The notes: a model not told the origin generated them from the letters alone. 64,000 nt of DNA from Escherichia coli (GCF_011045215.1 NZ_CP049201.1); one strand, 5' to 3'; positions 43,585 through 64,000 are shown, numbered from the stretch's first letter. Program-made: numbers and translations.

Positions 43585-43836
43585 ATGTCCCAGCCGCTGA
43601 ATGCCGATCAGGAACTGGTTTCTGATGTGGTTGCTTGCCAGTTGGTTATCAAACAAATTCTGGATGTTCTCGATGTAATCGCGCCCGTTGAAGTTCGCGA
43701 AAAAATGTCCAGCCAGCTGAAGAATATCGACTTTACTAACCATCCCGCCGCCGCAGACCCGGTCACCATGCGGGCAATCCAAAAAGCCATCGCGCTGATT
43801 GAACTCAAGTTTACCCCACAGGGCGAATCCCATTAA
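43585..43836 (+). CDS. yecJ: DUF2766 family protein YecJ
   Basis: 83-aa ORF, synteny. Confidence 0.8.
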
Positions 43837-43914
43837 AAAACCGCTGCTTCAAAAAGATGAGGCAGCGGTTTCTCAAAAACTTCATCGGCGCAATGCATTA
43901 GCGCCGATGTATGA

Positions 43915-44418
43915 TCAATGCAGCTGATGCGACACGACATTCAGAACATGTTGGTCGGTCTGCACTGGGCACATACCCGCAAGTTTCGCACTGCGCACTT
44001 CATCAAGAATGGTTTGCAGCAACAGGCCATCATGCTGCTGTTCTTTTTCCAGATCGCGCAGGAAATTGACGGTTGAATCATCATTCAGTTCTTTCGCTTC
44101 ATCGGCTAACTGCGCCAGCGTGCTTGAACGTTGCTCGTATTCTTCCATCGTTTTTTGGAACAGTTCTTCCAGAGAGTTCAGTTTTTCACCAGGAACATCA
44201 ATGGCTTTAACGATGGGGGTAGCGCCGACACTCTTCATAAAGTTAAACATGCGCATCATTTGGGTCACATTACTCTGTGCCTGGGCGCGAAGGAAAGTGG
44301 CGGTGCCGTTCAGACTCTGTTCAGAACACCAGTTACTCAGGTGAAGGTAGAGATTGGATGCGTAAAACTCGCGGTTCATTTGAGAGTTGAGTTTGAGAAG
44401 CATTCCAGCGGTTGCCAT
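43915..44418 (-). CDS. ftnB: ferritin-like protein
   Basis: 167-aa ferritin-like ORF, synteny. Confidence 0.85.
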   Translation of the reverse strand: MATAGMLLKLNSQMNREFYASNLYLHLSNWCSEQSLNGTATFLRAQAQSNVTQMMRMFNFMKSVGATPIVKAIDVPGEKLNSLEELFQKTMEEYEQRSSTLAQLADEAKELNDDSTVNFLRDLEKEQQHDGLLLQTILDEVRSAKLAGMCPVQTDQHVLNVVSHQLH

Positions 44419-45214
44419 ACCTAATATCCTTATATCCAGAAGTGGAGAGGTGCAAGATAAATCAAAACACCATAATTACTGTTTGCAGAATAATTCCTTT
44501 CTGCCGGTCCGAAATGTGATCGTGGAGTCAATTCTGACGATGATCTGAAATAAGAATAACGTCTGAACGGGTATAAGAAAATGCTTAAATCATCAAGTTT
44601 ATATATTTTTACATTTCATTGATGAAATCAATGTAACTGCAATGAATTTTAATGATAGTGCTTTTTGTATCTTGTTGATATTAATCGATGAATTTGAATT
44701 CATGATGAAGTGATGATTTTATAAAACGTTTTTTCATTTTTGCGAGATGGCTCTCATTATACGTGTTCTGTTAATTAATGAGCACAGTGATAATTAATGG
44801 CGAAATGAATGACGCGCATTTTCCACATCTTTGAGTTGTGGTTATTACACCATTTCAAAAACTCAACGCCAGGTAATGCGGCCTATTGACTGGTTAAAAA
44901 GAAGACATCCCGCATGGGTACCAAAGACAACAAGGATTTCCAGGCTAATCTTATGGATTAATCTGCTGTGCATTCGACAATTTGTCTGACAAATTGGCTT
45001 TCCCTTATGTCTTTTCCCGCTAAATTTATGCACGTTCTCACTGTAATTCTGCGATGTGATATTGCTCTCCTATGGAGAATTAATTTCTCGCTAAAACTAT
45101 GTCAACACGGTCACTTATCTTTTAGTTAAAAGGTAATGCTTTGTTTTCCGATTAATTTAACGAATGTCATTCGTTTTTGCCCTACACAAAACGACACTAA
45201 AGCTGGAGAGAACC

Positions 45215-46204
45215 ATGCACAAATTTACTAAAGCCCTGGCAGCCATTGGTCTGGCAGCCGTTATGTCACAATCCGCTATGGCGGAGAACCTGAAGCTCGG
45301 TTTTCTGGTGAAGCAACCGGAAGAGCCGTGGTTCCAGACCGAATGGAAGTTTGCCGATAAAGCCGGGAAGGATTTAGGGTTTGAGGTTATTAAGATTGCC
45401 GTGCCGGATGGCGAAAAAACATTGAACGCGATCGACAGCCTGGCTGCCAGTGGCGCAAAAGGTTTCGTTATTTGTACTCCGGACCCCAAACTCGGCTCTG
45501 CCATCGTCGCGAAAGCGCGTGGCTACGATATGAAAGTCATTGCCGTGGATGACCAGTTTGTTAATGCCAAAGGTAAGCCAATGGATACCGTTCCGCTGGT
45601 GATGATGGCGGCGACTAAAATTGGCGAACGTCAGGGCCAGGAACTGTATAAAGAGATGCAGAAACGGGGTTGGGATGTCAAAGAAAGCGCGGTGATGGCG
45701 ATTACCGCCAACGAACTGGATACCGCCCGCCGCCGTACAACGGGTTCTATGGACGCACTGAAAGCGGCCGGATTCCCGGAAAAACAAATTTATCAGGTAC
45801 CTACCAAATCTAACGACATCCCGGGGGCATTTGACGCTGCCAACTCAATGCTGGTTCAACATCCGGAAGTTAAACATTGGCTGATCGTCGGTATGAACGA
45901 CAGCACCGTACTTGGCGGCGTACGTGCAACCGAAGGTCAGGGCTTTAAAGCAGCCGATATCATCGGTATTGGTATTAACGGTGTGGATGCCGTAAGCGAA
46001 CTGTCTAAAGCACAGGCAACCGGCTTCTACGGTTCCCTGCTGCCAAGCCCGGATGTTCATGGCTATAAATCCAGCGAAATGCTTTACAACTGGATAGCAA
46101 AAGACGTTGAACCGCCAAAATTTACCGAAGTTACCGACGTGGTACTGATCACGCGTGACAACTTTAAAGAAGAACTGGAGAAAAAAGGTTTAGGCGGTAA
46201 GTAA
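45215..46204 (+). CDS. araF: L-arabinose ABC transporter periplasmic binding protein
   Basis: ORF 45164..46204; start MHKFTKALAAIGLAAVMSQSAMA (signal peptide). Confidence 0.9.
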   Translation: MHKFTKALAAIGLAAVMSQSAMAENLKLGFLVKQPEEPWFQTEWKFADKAGKDLGFEVIKIAVPDGEKTLNAIDSLAASGAKGFVICTPDPKLGSAIVAKARGYDMKVIAVDDQFVNAKGKPMDTVPLVMMAATKIGERQGQELYKEMQKRGWDVKESAVMAITANELDTARRRTTGSMDALKAAGFPEKQIYQVPTKSNDIPGAFDAANSMLVQHPEVKHWLIVGMNDSTVLGGVRATEGQGFKAADIIGIGINGVDAVSELSKAQATGFYGSLLPSPDVHGYKSSEMLYNWIAKDVEPPKFTEVTDVVLITRDNFKEELEKKGLGGK

Positions 46205-46273
46205 TTTGCCGGAAAAATTCCCCTCTGCATGATGCAGAGGGGGTGTGAACGACCAGTGATTCACGGAGACGTT

Positions 46274-47788
46274 ATGCAACAGTCTACCCCGTATCTCTCA
46301 TTTCGCGGCATCGGTAAAACGTTTCCCGGCGTTAAGGCGCTGACGGATATTAGTTTTGACTGCTATGCCGGTCAGGTTCATGCGTTGATGGGTGAAAATG
46401 GCGCAGGAAAATCAACTCTCTTAAAAATCCTCAGCGGCAACTATGCGCCAACCACGGGTTCTGTAGTGATTAATGGGCAGGAAATGTCCTTTTCCGACAC
46501 GACCGCAGCACTTAACGCGGGTGTGGCGATTATTTACCAGGAACTGCATCTCGTGCCGGAAATGACCGTCGCGGAAAACATCTATCTCGGCCAGCTGCCG
46601 CATAAAGGCGGCATTGTGAATCGCTCATTGCTGAATTATGAGGCGGGTTTACAACTTAAACATCTTGGTATGGATATTGACCCGGACACGCCGCTGAAAT
46701 ATCTCTCCATTGGTCAGTGGCAGATGGTTGAAATTGCCAAAGCCCTGGCGCGTAATGCCAAAATTATCGCCTTTGATGAGCCAACCAGCTCCCTCTCTGC
46801 CCGTGAAATCGACAATCTTTTCCGCGTTATTCGTGAACTGCGAAAAGAGGGGCGGGTGATCTTATACGTTTCTCACCGTATGGAAGAAATATTTGCCCTC
46901 AGCGATGCCATCACCGTCTTTAAAGATGGGCGTTATGTCAAAACCTTTACCGATATGCAGCAGGTTGACCACGACGCGCTGGTGCAGGCGATGGTCGGGC
47001 GCGACATTGGCGATATCTACGGCTGGCAACCGCGTAGTTATGGCGAGGAGCGCCTGCGTCTTGATGCTGTGAAAGCACCAGGCGTGCGTACGCCAATAAA
47101 TCTGGCGGTTCGCAGTGGTGAAATTGTTGGGCTGTTTGGTCTGGTAGGGGCGGGGCGTAGCGAATTAATGAAAGGCTTGTTTGGCGGGACGCAAATCACC
47201 GCCGGTCAGGTTTATATCGACCAACAGCCGATCGATATTCGTAAACCGAGCCACGCCATTGCCGCAGGCATGATGCTCTGCCCGGAAGATCGCAAAGCGG
47301 AAGGCATTATTCCCGTGCACTCCGTTCGCGACAATATCAACATCAGCGCCAGACGTAAACATGTGCTCGGCGGTTGTGTAATCAACAACGGTTGGGAAGA
47401 AAACAATGCCGATCACCACATTCGTTCGCTCAATATCAAAACGCCGGGCGCGGAGCAACTGATCATGAATCTCTCAGGCGGAAATCAGCAAAAAGCCATT
47501 CTGGGCCGCTGGTTATCGGAAGAGATGAAGGTCATTTTGCTGGATGAACCTACGCGCGGTATTGATGTTGGCGCTAAGCACGAAATATATAACGTAATTT
47601 ATGCGCTGGCGGCGCAGGGCGTGGCGGTGCTGTTTGCCTCCAGCGACTTACCTGAAGTCCTCGGCGTTGCCGACCGGATTGTGGTGATGCGGGAAGGTGA
47701 AATCGCCGGTGAATTGTTACACGAGCAGGCAGATGAGCGTCAGGCACTGAGCCTTGCGATGCCTAAAGTCAGCCAGGCTGTTGCCTGA
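46274..47788 (+). CDS. araG: L-arabinose ABC transporter ATP-binding protein (duplicated ABC domains)
   Basis: ORF 46229..47788; start [15 protein letters not shown]; two Walker A/ABC signature sets. Confidence 0.9.
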   Translation: MQQSTPYLSFRGIGKTFPGVKALTDISFDCYAGQVHALMGENGAGKSTLLKILSGNYAPTTGSVVINGQEMSFSDTTAALNAGVAIIYQELHLVPEMTVAENIYLGQLPHKGGIVNRSLLNYEAGLQLKHLGMDIDPDTPLKYLSIGQWQMVEIAKALARNAKIIAFDEPTSSLSAREIDNLFRVIRELRKEGRVILYVSHRMEEIFALSDAITVFKDGRYVKTFTDMQQVDHDALVQAMVGRDIGDIYGWQPRSYGEERLRLDAVKAPGVRTPINLAVRSGEIVGLFGLVGAGRSELMKGLFGGTQITAGQVYIDQQPIDIRKPSHAIAAGMMLCPEDRKAEGIIPVHSVRDNINISARRKHVLGGCVINNGWEENNADHHIRSLNIKTPGAEQLIMNLSGGNQQKAILGRWLSEEMKVILLDEPTRGIDVGAKHEIYNVIYALAAQGVAVLFASSDLPEVLGVADRIVVMREGEIAGELLHEQADERQALSLAMPKVSQAVA

Positions 47789-47802
47789 GTAAGGAGAGTA
47801 TG

Positions 47803-51155
<3,353 letters not shown>

Positions 51156-51161
51156 GAGCGG

Positions 51162-51590
51162 TTAATCTCCCGTAAGTGGAACTAACAGCACATCGACCTC
51201 ACTTGAGGCAATAACTCTTTTCGCCGAGCAGGATGCTCGCGAAAAGAAACTGTGATTGTGATTACCGCAAATCACCAAATCGAAATGATGTTTGTGACAT
51301 ACTTCCAGAATATGTTCGCTTAACTCACCGTAGGCAATAAACGTCTTGTCAACGGGATACCCCGCATCCTGAATTAACTTATCAAGAAAGCTTTGCGTTT
51401 CTTCCTGCATCACGCTGCGTAAATCTTCAAGCATCGGCGCAGCTAATTGATTGTACATTTCCGGGTCGGAAGCGAGAGTAATTAAACTGATGTGTCCCTT
51501 TACTGGCCTGGCGATAGATACCGCTTTTGCCAGCAGTTGCTGACTTTCCGGTGTAACCGCAACAGCGACAAGAATATTGCTATAGCTCAT
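51162..51590 (-). CDS. uspC: universal stress protein C
   Basis: 142-aa UspA-family ORF; synteny between otsA and flhD. Confidence 0.85.
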   Translation of the reverse strand: MSYSNILVAVAVTPESQQLLAKAVSIARPVKGHISLITLASDPEMYNQLAAPMLEDLRSVMQEETQSFLDKLIQDAGYPVDKTFIAYGELSEHILEVCHKHHFDLVICGNHNHSFFSRASCSAKRVIASSEVDVLLVPLTGD

Positions 51591-52360
51591 AACCTGTTCC
51601 TTATTCTGTGAACTTCAGGTGACATTAAAGCTTTACTCCTAATGGAGAAACGACGCAATCCCAACTCGGTCAAACAGGTAAATATTAGTCTGATTATTAG
51701 TAAAGACAATTAATCAATCACTCCCGGTGATCATATAATTTCAAATGTAATTATAAGAAAATAGTGTACTGATTCTCCGCATTAAACAAGTGGTTAATAT
51801 ATGTAAAACATTTCATTAACATTAAGTTGATTGTTGCCTTTCTTTGTATTTAATTAGTTTGTTGTGCGGTAAGTGTCTGTTTAAAAATAGCTTATCTGGT
51901 ATTGCATGAAAGTGATTATTTATAGCAGATGATTATTTACGGTGAGTTATTTTAACTGTGCGCAACATCCCATTTCGATTATTCCTGTTTCATTTTTGCT
52001 TGCTAGCGTAGCGAAAAACTTTTTAACAGATTGAAATACACCCAAAACAAAAGTATGACTTATACATTTATGTTAAGTAATTGAGTGTTTTGTGTGATCT
52101 GCATCACACATTATTGAAAATCGCAGCCCCCCTCCGTTGTATGTGCGTGTAGTGACGAGTACAGTTGCGTCGATTTAGGAAAAATCTTAGATAAGTGTAA
52201 AGACCCATTTCTATTTGTAAGGACATATTAAACCAAAAAGGTGGTTCTGCTTATTGCAGATTATCGCAACTATTCTAATGCTAATTATTTTTTACCGGGG
52301 CTTCCCGGCGACATCACGGGGTGCGGTGAAACCGCATAAAAATAAAGTTGGTTATTCTGG

Positions 52361-52720
52361 GTGGGAATAATGCATACCTCCGAGTTGCTGAAACACATTT
52401 ATGACATCAACTTGTCATATTTACTACTTGCACAGCGTTTGATTGTTCAGGACAAAGCGTCCGCTATGTTTCGTCTCGGCATAAATGAAGAAATGGCGAC
52501 AACGTTAGCGGCACTGACTCTTCCGCAAATGGTTAAGCTGGCAGAAACCAATCAACTGGTTTGTCACTTCCGTTTTGACAGCCACCAGACGATTACTCAG
52601 TTGACGCAAGATTCCCGCGTTGACGATCTCCAGCAAATTCATACCGGCATCATGCTCTCAACACGCTTGCTGAATGATGTTAATCAGCCTGAAGAAGCGC
52701 TGCGCAAGAAAAGGGCCTGA
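52361..52720 (+). CDS. flhD: flagellar master regulator subunit FlhD
   Basis: 119-aa ORF ([28 protein letters not shown]...); preceded by ~770 bp AT-rich regulatory region with no IS insertion. Confidence 0.9.
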   Translation: MGIMHTSELLKHIYDINLSYLLLAQRLIVQDKASAMFRLGINEEMATTLAALTLPQMVKLAETNQLVCHFRFDSHQTITQLTQDSRVDDLQQIHTGIMLSTRLLNDVNQPEEALRKKRA

Positions 52721-52722
52721 TC

Positions 52723-53301
52723 ATGAGTGAAAAAAGCATTGTTCAGGAAGCACGGGATATTCAGCTGGCAATGGAATTGATCACCCTGGGCGCTCGTTTG
52801 CAGATGCTGGAAAGCGAAACACAGTTAAGTCGCGGACGCCTGATAAAACTTTATAAAGAACTGCGCGGAAGCCCACCGCCGAAAGGCATGCTGCCATTCT
52901 CAACCGACTGGTTTATGACCTGGGAACAAAACGTTCATGCTTCGATGTTCTGTAATGTATGGCAGTTTTTACTGAAAACCGGTTTGTGTAATGGCGTCGA
53001 TGCGGTGATCAAAGCCTACCGTTTATACCTTGAACAGTGCCCACAAGCAGAAGAAGGACCACTGCTGGCATTAACCCGTGCCTGGACATTGGTGCGGTTT
53101 GTTGAAAGTGGATTACTGCAACTTTCCAGCTGCAACTGCTGCGGCGGCAATTTTATTACCCACGCTCACCAGCCTGTTGGCAGCTTTGCCTGCAGCTTAT
53201 GCCAACCGCCATCCCGGGCAGTAAAAAGACGTAAACTTTCCCAGAATCCTGCCGATATTATCCCACAACTGCTGGATGAACAGAGAGTACAGGCTGTTTA
53301 A
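52723..53301 (+). CDS. flhC: flagellar master regulator subunit FlhC
   Basis: 192-aa ORF with Zn-binding Cys cluster (CNCCGGNF...CSLCQPP). Confidence 0.95.
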   Translation: MSEKSIVQEARDIQLAMELITLGARLQMLESETQLSRGRLIKLYKELRGSPPPKGMLPFSTDWFMTWEQNVHASMFCNVWQFLLKTGLCNGVDAVIKAYRLYLEQCPQAEEGPLLALTRAWTLVRFVESGLLQLSSCNCCGGNFITHAHQPVGSFACSLCQPPSRAVKRRKLSQNPADIIPQLLDEQRVQAV

Positions 53302-53427
53302 CTGATACGGTGAGGCGCAACATTCCAGCAGCGGTAACGACGTACCGCTGCTTTTTTTTGCCCCAATCGCGCGTTAACGCCTGACGACTGAACATCCTGT
53401 CATGGTCAACAGTGGAAGGATGATGTC

Positions 53428-54311
53428 GTGCTTATCTTATTAGGTTACCTGGTTGTTCTCGGTACAGTTTTCGGCGGTTATTTGATGACCGGTGGAAGCC
53501 TTGGAGCACTCTATCAACCCGCTGAACTGGTGATTATTGCCGGTGCAGGGATTGGGTCGTTTATCGTCGGCAATAATGGCAAAGCGATTAAAGGCACGCT
53601 GAAGGCGCTGCCGTTGCTGTTTCGTCGCTCCAAATACACCAAAGCAATGTATATGGATCTGCTGGCTCTGCTTTATCGGTTGATGGCGAAATCGCGGCAG
53701 ATGGGGATGTTTTCGCTGGAACGTGATATTGAAAATCCCCGTGAGAGCGAGATCTTCGCCAGCTACCCACGCATCATCGCGGATAGCGTCATGCTTGATT
53801 TTATCGTCGATTATCTGCGCCTGATTATCAGCGGTCACATGAACACCTTCGAAATCGAAGCCCTGATGGATGAAGAGATTGAGACGCACGAAAGCGAGGC
53901 AGAAGTCCCGGCGAACAGTCTGGCGCTGGTCGGGGACTCACTTCCGGCGTTTGGTATTGTCGCGGCTGTAATGGGGGTCGTTCACGCGTTAGGTTCAGCC
54001 GATCGTCCTGCCGCCGAGCTGGGGGCGCTTATCGCACATGCGATGGTGGGGACTTTCCTCGGCATTTTATTGGCTTACGGATTTATTTCCCCATTAGCGA
54101 GTGTTTTACGTCAGAAAAGCGCCGAAACCAGCAAAATGATGCAGTGCGTCAAAGTCACACTGCTTTCTAATCTGAACGGTTACGCACCGCCTATCGCCGT
54201 TGAGTTTGGTCGCAAAACGCTCTATTCCAGCGAACGTCCGTCGTTTATTGAACTGGAAGAGCATGTGCGTGCGGTGAAAAATCCGCAACAACAGACGACA
54301 ACCGAGGAAGC

Positions 54312-54315
<4 letters not shown>
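53428..54315 (+). CDS. motA: flagellar motor stator protein MotA
   Basis: 295 aa, GTG start, membrane protein. Confidence 0.95.
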
Positions 54316-57207
<2,892 letters not shown>

Positions 57208-57227
57208 ATGAGTAAAAAGGTAACAAT

Positions 57228-57731
57228 ATGACCGGTATGACGAATGTAACAAAGCTGGCCAGCGAGCCGTCAGGCCAGGAATTTCTGGTATTTACCCTTG
57301 GTGATGAAGAGTACGGTATTGATATCCTGAAAGTGCAGGAGATCCGTGGCTACGATCAGGTAACACGGATTGCGAACACGCCGGCGTTTATCAAAGGCGT
57401 CACGAATCTGCGCGGCGTTATTGTGCCGATTGTTGACTTACGAATTAAGTTCAGCCAGGTGGATGTGGACTATAACGACAACACGGTAGTTATCGTCCTG
57501 AATCTCGGACAGCGGGTGGTCGGCATCGTGGTTGACGGCGTTTCAGACGTGCTTTCATTGACGGCGGAGCAAATTCGTCCGGCACCAGAGTTTGCCGTGA
57601 CGCTTTCAACAGAATATCTCACTGGACTGGGCGCACTGGGCGACCGTATGTTGATTCTGGTGAACATCGAAAAACTGCTGAACAGCGAAGAGATGGCGCT
57701 GTTAGATAGCGCGGCGTCAGAAGTGGCGTAA
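57228..57731 (+). CDS. cheW: chemotaxis coupling protein CheW
   Basis: 167 aa. Confidence 0.95.
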
Positions 57732-57817
57732 TTCTCCCGATTTCCTCAATTGAAATAAACCCGATGATCTGCGCATCGGGTTTTTTATTTCAATTTCGCG
57801 GCGGGTGGCATCAGCAA

Positions 57818-57844
57818 TAAAGTTTCCCCCCTTCTTGCCGATAA
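57818..57844 (+). promoter_or_regulatory. sigma-28 promoter of the tar-tap-cheRBYZ operon
   Basis: TAAAGTTT (57818-57825) - 11 nt - GCCGATAA (57837-57844). Confidence 0.7.
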
Positions 57845-57875
57845 TGAGATCAACTTGTTTTCAGGAAGGTGCCTT

Positions 57876-59537
57876 ATGATTAACCGTATCCGCGTAGTCA
57901 CGCTGTTGGTAATGGTGCTGGGGGTATTCGCACTGTTACAGCTTATTTCCGGCAGTCTGTTTTTTTCTTCCCTTCACCATAGCCAGAAGAGCTTTGTGGT
58001 TTCCAATCAATTACGGGAACAGCAGGGCGAGCTGACGTCAACCTGGGATTTAATGCTGCAAACGCGCATTAACCTGAGTCGTTCAGCGGTGCGGATGATG
58101 ATGGATTCCTCCAATCAACAAAGTAACGCCAAAGTTGAATTGCTCGATAGCGCCAGGAAAACATTGGCCCAGGCCGCGACTCATTATAAAAAATTCAAAA
58201 GCATGGCACCGTTACCTGAAATGGTCGCTACCAGTCGTAATATTGATGAAAAATATAAAAACTATCACACAGCGTTAACTGAACTGATTGATTATCTTGA
58301 TTATGGCAATACTGGAGCTTATTTCGCTCAGCCAACCCAGGGAATGCAAAATGCAATGGGCGAAGCGTTTGCTCAGTACGCCCTCAGCAGTGAAAAACTG
58401 TATCGCGATATCGTCACTGACAACGCAGATGATTACCGATTTGCCCAGTGGCAACTGGCGGTTATCGCACTGGTGGTGGTATTGATTCTGCTGGTGGCGT
58501 GGTACGGCATTCGCCGTATGTTGCTTACACCGCTGGCAAAAATTATTGCTCACATTCGCGAAATCGCCGGTGGTAACCTGGCGAATACCCTGACCATTGA
58601 CGGGCACAGTGAAATGGGCGACCTGGCGCAGAGCGTTTCACATATGCAACGCTCTTTGACTGACACCGTCACTCATGTCCGCGAAGGTTCAGATGCCATC
58701 TATGCCGGTACCCGTGAAATTGCGGCGGGCAACACCGATCTTTCCTCCCGTACTGAACAGCAGGCATCCGCGCTGGAAGAAACTGCCGCCAGCATGGAGC
58801 AGCTCACCGCGACAGTGAAGCAAAACGCCGATAACGCCCGCCAGGCCTCGCAACTGGCGCAAAGTGCCTCCGACACCGCCCAGCACGGCGGCAAAGTGGT
58901 GGATGGCGTAGTGAAAACGATGCATGAGATCGCCGATAGTTCGAAGAAAATTGCCGACATTATCAGCGTTATCGACGGTATTGCCTTCCAGACTAATATC
59001 CTCGCGCTGAATGCCGCGGTTGAAGCCGCGCGAGCGGGTGAACAGGGCCGTGGTTTTGCCGTGGTGGCGGGCGAAGTGCGTAATCTTGCCAGTCGTAGCG
59101 CCCAGGCGGCAAAAGAGATCAAAGCTCTCATTGAAGACTCCGTCTCGCGCGTTGATACCGGTTCGGTGCTGGTCGAAAGCGCCGGGGAAACAATGAACAA
59201 TATCGTCAATGCTGTCACTCGCGTGACTGACATTATGGGCGAGATTGCATCGGCATCGGATGAACAGAGCCGTGGCATCGATCAAGTCGCATTGGCGGTT
59301 TCGGAAATGGATCGCGTCACGCAACAGAACGCATCGCTGGTGCAGGAATCAGCTGCCGCCGCAGCTGCGCTGGAAGAACAGGCGAGTCGTTTAACGCAAG
59401 CGGTTTCCGCGTTTCGTCTGGCAGCCAGCCCACTCACCAATAAACCGCAAACACCATCCCGTCCTGCCAGTGAGCAACCACCGGCACAGCCACGACTGCG
59501 AATTGCTGAACAAGATCCAAACTGGGAAACATTTTGA
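57876..59537 (+). CDS. tar: methyl-accepting chemotaxis protein II (aspartate/maltose receptor)
   Basis: ORF 57855..59537; start [11 protein letters not shown]; HAMP and highly conserved MCP signalling domain; C-terminal NWETF pentapeptide. Confidence 0.9.
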   Translation: MINRIRVVTLLVMVLGVFALLQLISGSLFFSSLHHSQKSFVVSNQLREQQGELTSTWDLMLQTRINLSRSAVRMMMDSSNQQSNAKVELLDSARKTLAQAATHYKKFKSMAPLPEMVATSRNIDEKYKNYHTALTELIDYLDYGNTGAYFAQPTQGMQNAMGEAFAQYALSSEKLYRDIVTDNADDYRFAQWQLAVIALVVVLILLVAWYGIRRMLLTPLAKIIAHIREIAGGNLANTLTIDGHSEMGDLAQSVSHMQRSLTDTVTHVREGSDAIYAGTREIAAGNTDLSSRTEQQASALEETAASMEQLTATVKQNADNARQASQLAQSASDTAQHGGKVVDGVVKTMHEIADSSKKIADIISVIDGIAFQTNILALNAAVEAARAGEQGRGFAVVAGEVRNLASRSAQAAKEIKALIEDSVSRVDTGSVLVESAGETMNNIVNAVTRVTDIMGEIASASDEQSRGIDQVALAVSEMDRVTQQNASLVQESAAAAAALEEQASRLTQAVSAFRLAASPLTNKPQTPSRPASEQPPAQPRLRIAEQDPNWETF

Positions 59538-59582
59538 CGAGTATTTACTAACGCGGTCATTGCCGCCTGATGGGGAGCGTTG

Positions 59583-61184
59583 ATGTTTAATCGTATTCGA
59601 ATTTCGACCACGCTGTTTTTAATTTTGATTCTCTGCGGGATCTTGCAGATTGGCAGTAACGGCATGTCTTTTTGGGCATTTCGCGACGATTTGCAACGAC
59701 TGAATCAGGTCGAGCAGAGCAATCAGCAACGTGCGGCATTAGCGCAAACTCGGGCGGTAATGTTACAGGCCAGTACCGCGCTGAACAAAGCAGGCACTCT
59801 GACAGCGCTTAGCTATCCGGCGGATGACATTAAAACGTTGATGACGACGGCGCGCGCCAGTCTGACGCAATCCACCACGCTGTTTAAAAGTTTTATGGCG
59901 ATGACTGCGGGTAACGAGCACGTCAGGGCATTGCAAAAAGAGACGGAGAAAAGTTTTGCCCGCTGGCACAACGATCTCGAACATCAGGCGACCTGGCTTG
60001 AAAGTAATCAACTTTCGGATTTCCTCACTGCGCCGGTGCAGGGATCACAGAATGCGTTTGACGTTAACTTTGAGGCCTGGCAGCTGGAGATCAACCATGT
60101 GCTGGAAGCTGCCAGTGCGCAAAGCCAGCGTAACTATCAGATTTCGGCGCTGGTGTTTATCAGCATGATTATTGTTGCGGCGATCTACATCAGCAGTGCG
60201 CTGTGGTGGACGCGCAAGATGATTGTTCAACCACTGGCCATTATCGGTAGCCATTTTGACAGCATTGCTGCGGGTAATCTGGCGCGTCCGATTGCGGTAT
60301 ATGGTCGTAATGAGATCACCGCCATTTTTGCCAGCCTGAAGACCATGCAGCAGGCTTTGCGTGGGACGGTGAGTGATGTGCGTAAGGGAAGCCATGAGAT
60401 GCACATTGGGATCGCGGAGATTGTCGCAGGCAATAACGATCTCTCAAGTCGTACCGAACAGCAGGCGGCATCGCTGGCACAAACGGCCGCCAGTATGGAG
60501 CAATTAACCGCCACGGTAGGGCAAAACGCCGATAACGCACGACAGGCGTCGGAACTGGCAAAAAATGCCGCGACAACGGCGCAGGCGGGCGGTGTTCAGG
60601 TCAGTACCATGACTCACACCATGCAGGAGATCGCCACCAGCTCGCAAAAAATTGGCGACATTATCAGCGTTATCGACGGAATTGCTTTTCAGACCAATAT
60701 TCTGGCCCTGAATGCGGCAGTGGAAGCGGCTCGCGCCGGAGAGCAGGGGCGTGGTTTTGCGGTAGTGGCAGGTGAAGTGCGCAATCTTGCCAGCCGTAGC
60801 GCGCAGGCAGCAAAAGAGATCAAAGGGCTGATCGAAGAGTCAGTCAATCGTGTCCAGCAGGGTTCGAAACTGGTGAATAACGCCGCCGCGACCATGACCG
60901 ATATTGTCAGTTCGGTGACCCGCGTGAACGACATTATGGGAGAAATTGCTTCGGCGTCGGAAGAACAACGGCGGGGGATTGAGCAGGTTGCACAGGCTGT
61001 CAGCCAGATGGATCAGGTGACTCAGCAGAACGCCTCGCTGGTAGAAGAAGCGGCGGTGGCAACGGAACAACTGGCGAATCAGGCCGACCATCTTTCGTCG
61101 CGTGTGGCGGTATTTACCCTTGAAGAACATGAAGTAGCACGACATGAGTCGGCGCAGTTACAAATTGCGCCAGTGGTATCCTGA
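59583..61184 (+). CDS. tap: methyl-accepting chemotaxis protein IV (dipeptide receptor)
   Basis: ORF 59580..61184; MFNRIRISTTLFL; MCP signalling domain; no NWETF tail. Confidence 0.9.
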   Translation: MFNRIRISTTLFLILILCGILQIGSNGMSFWAFRDDLQRLNQVEQSNQQRAALAQTRAVMLQASTALNKAGTLTALSYPADDIKTLMTTARASLTQSTTLFKSFMAMTAGNEHVRALQKETEKSFARWHNDLEHQATWLESNQLSDFLTAPVQGSQNAFDVNFEAWQLEINHVLEAASAQSQRNYQISALVFISMIIVAAIYISSALWWTRKMIVQPLAIIGSHFDSIAAGNLARPIAVYGRNEITAIFASLKTMQQALRGTVSDVRKGSHEMHIGIAEIVAGNNDLSSRTEQQAASLAQTAASMEQLTATVGQNADNARQASELAKNAATTAQAGGVQVSTMTHTMQEIATSSQKIGDIISVIDGIAFQTNILALNAAVEAARAGEQGRGFAVVAGEVRNLASRSAQAAKEIKGLIEESVNRVQQGSKLVNNAAATMTDIVSSVTRVNDIMGEIASASEEQRRGIEQVAQAVSQMDQVTQQNASLVEEAAVATEQLANQADHLSSRVAVFTLEEHEVARHESAQLQIAPVVS

Positions 61185-61202
61185 AGTGATTGAGAAGGCG
61201 CT

Positions 61203-62063
61203 ATGACTTCATCTCTGCCCTGTGGGCAAACGTCTTTATTGTTACAGATGACCGAGCGCCTGGCGCTTTCCGACGCGCATTTTCGTCGGATAAGTCAATT
61301 GATCTATCAACGAGCCGGGATCGTTCTGGCTGACCATAAACGCGACATGGTTTACAACCGACTGGTTCGTCGTTTGCGTTCGCTGGGACTGACGGATTTC
61401 GGTCATTATCTGAACTTGCTGGAATCTAATCAGCACAGCGGTGAGTGGCAGGCGTTTATCAATTCGCTGACCACGAATCTGACGGCATTTTTCCGTGAGG
61501 CACATCATTTCCCTCTGCTCGCGGATCACGCACGTCGCCGTTCTGGCGAGTATCGCGTATGGAGCGCGGCGGCTTCGACCGGCGAAGAGCCGTACAGCAT
61601 TGCGATGACGCTGGCTGACACATTGGGCACCGCGCCCGGACGCTGGAAAGTGTTTGCCAGTGATATCGACACCGAAGTGCTGGAAAAAGCCAGAAGCGGT
61701 ATCTATCGCCATGAAGAGTTGAAAAACCTGACGCCGCAGCAACTGCAACGGTATTTCATGCGAGGGACGGGACCGCATGAAGGGCTGGTACGCGTGCGTC
61801 AGGAGCTGGCGAACTATGTTGATTTTGCCCCGCTGAATTTACTGGCGAAACAGTACACCGTGCCGGGGCCGTTTGATGCGATCTTCTGTCGTAACGTCAT
61901 GATCTACTTCGATCAAACTACCCAGCAGGAGATTTTGCGCCGCTTTGTTCCGCTCCTTAAACCCGACGGATTGCTGTTTGCGGGTCACTCTGAAAACTTT
62001 AGCCACCTCGAGCGCCGCTTCACGCTGCGTGGTCAGACGGTGTATGCGCTAAGTAAGGATTAA
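61203..62063 (+). CDS. cheR: chemotaxis protein methyltransferase CheR
   Basis: 286 aa. Confidence 0.95.
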
Positions 62064-62065
62064 CG

Positions 62066-63519
<1,454 letters not shown>

Positions 63520-63529
63520 GGATGCGACT

Positions 63530-64000
63530 ATGATGCAACCATCAATCAAACCTGCTGACGAGCATTCAGCTGGCGATATCATTGCGCGCATCGGCAGCCT
63601 GACGCGTATGCTGCGCGACAGTTTGCGGGAACTGGGGCTGGATCAGGCCATTGCCGAAGCGGCGGAAGCCATCCCGGATGCGCGCGATCGTTTGTACTAT
63701 GTTGTGCAGATGACCGCCCAGGCTGCGGAGCGGGCGCTGAACAGTGTTGAGGCGTCACAACCGCATCAGGATCAAATGGAGAAATCAGCAAAAGCGTTAA
63801 CCCAACGTTGGGATGACTGGTTTGCCGATCCGATTGACCTTGCCGACGCCCGTGAACTGGTAACAGACACGCGGCAATTTCTGGGAGATGTACCCGCGCA
63901 TACCAGCTTTACTAACGCGCAACTGCTGGAAATCATGATGGCGCAGGATTTTCAGGATCTCACCGGGCAGGTCATTAAGCGGATGATGGATGTCATTCAG
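63530..64000 (+). CDS. cheZ: CheY-P phosphatase CheZ (partial, 3' end beyond window)
   Basis: Manual translation from ATG 63530: [40 protein letters not shown]...; runs open to window end. Confidence 0.9.
   Translation, partial: MMQPSIKPADEHSAGDIIARIGSLTRMLRDSLRELGLDQAIAEAAEAIPDARDRLYYVVQMTAQAAERALNSVEASQPHQDQMEKSAKALTQRWDDWFADPIDLADARELVTDTRQFLGDVPAHTSFTNAQLLEIMMAQDFQDLTGQVIKRMMDVIQ

Noticed and set aside
51591-52360. IS element insertion upstream of flhDC (common in motile laboratory strains)
   Set aside because: The ~770-bp regulatory region contains no transposase ORF or terminal inverted repeats; it appears to be the native AT-rich flhDC promoter region.

Overview
Enterobacterial (E. 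coli-type) chromosome segment covering the flagellar region III genes, the uvrYC-pgsA-tRNA(Gly-Cys-Leu) cluster, then ferritin, arabinose-transport and trehalose genes, and the flhDC-mot-che chemotaxis operons. All calls are from reading the sequence and the ORF translations by eye; no database search was run. The notable feature is a ~21.7 kb degraded P2-like prophage inserted at tRNA-Leu (leuZ), between leuZ and yecA, bounded by a perfect 124-bp direct repeat (17775..17898 and 39473..39596). It retains ogr, D, FI, FII, E/E', T, U, a tail-fibre assembly gene, fragments of H, Q and A, a C-like repressor and an integrase, but has lost the capsid, lysis and baseplate genes and the A N-terminus, and the FI-U block is inverted. 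AT-rich cargo sits at several positions: (1) a hok/mok-like type I toxin and a small Cys-rich secreted protein next to attL; (2) a ~470-aa frameshifted protein with a PD-(D/E)xK-like motif between ogr and D; (3) a GT9 heptosyltransferase-like gene in the Z/fun position; (4) a membrane protein, a Zn-ribbon protein and a ParM/ParR-like module (parM with an in-frame TGA at a conserved Trp) in the A-Q hotspot; (5) a membrane-anchored protein and a YebY-like periplasmic protein between the repressor and the integrase. The last is the best candidate for an undescribed lysogeny-expressed exclusion/defence module; the functions of all cargo genes are inference.
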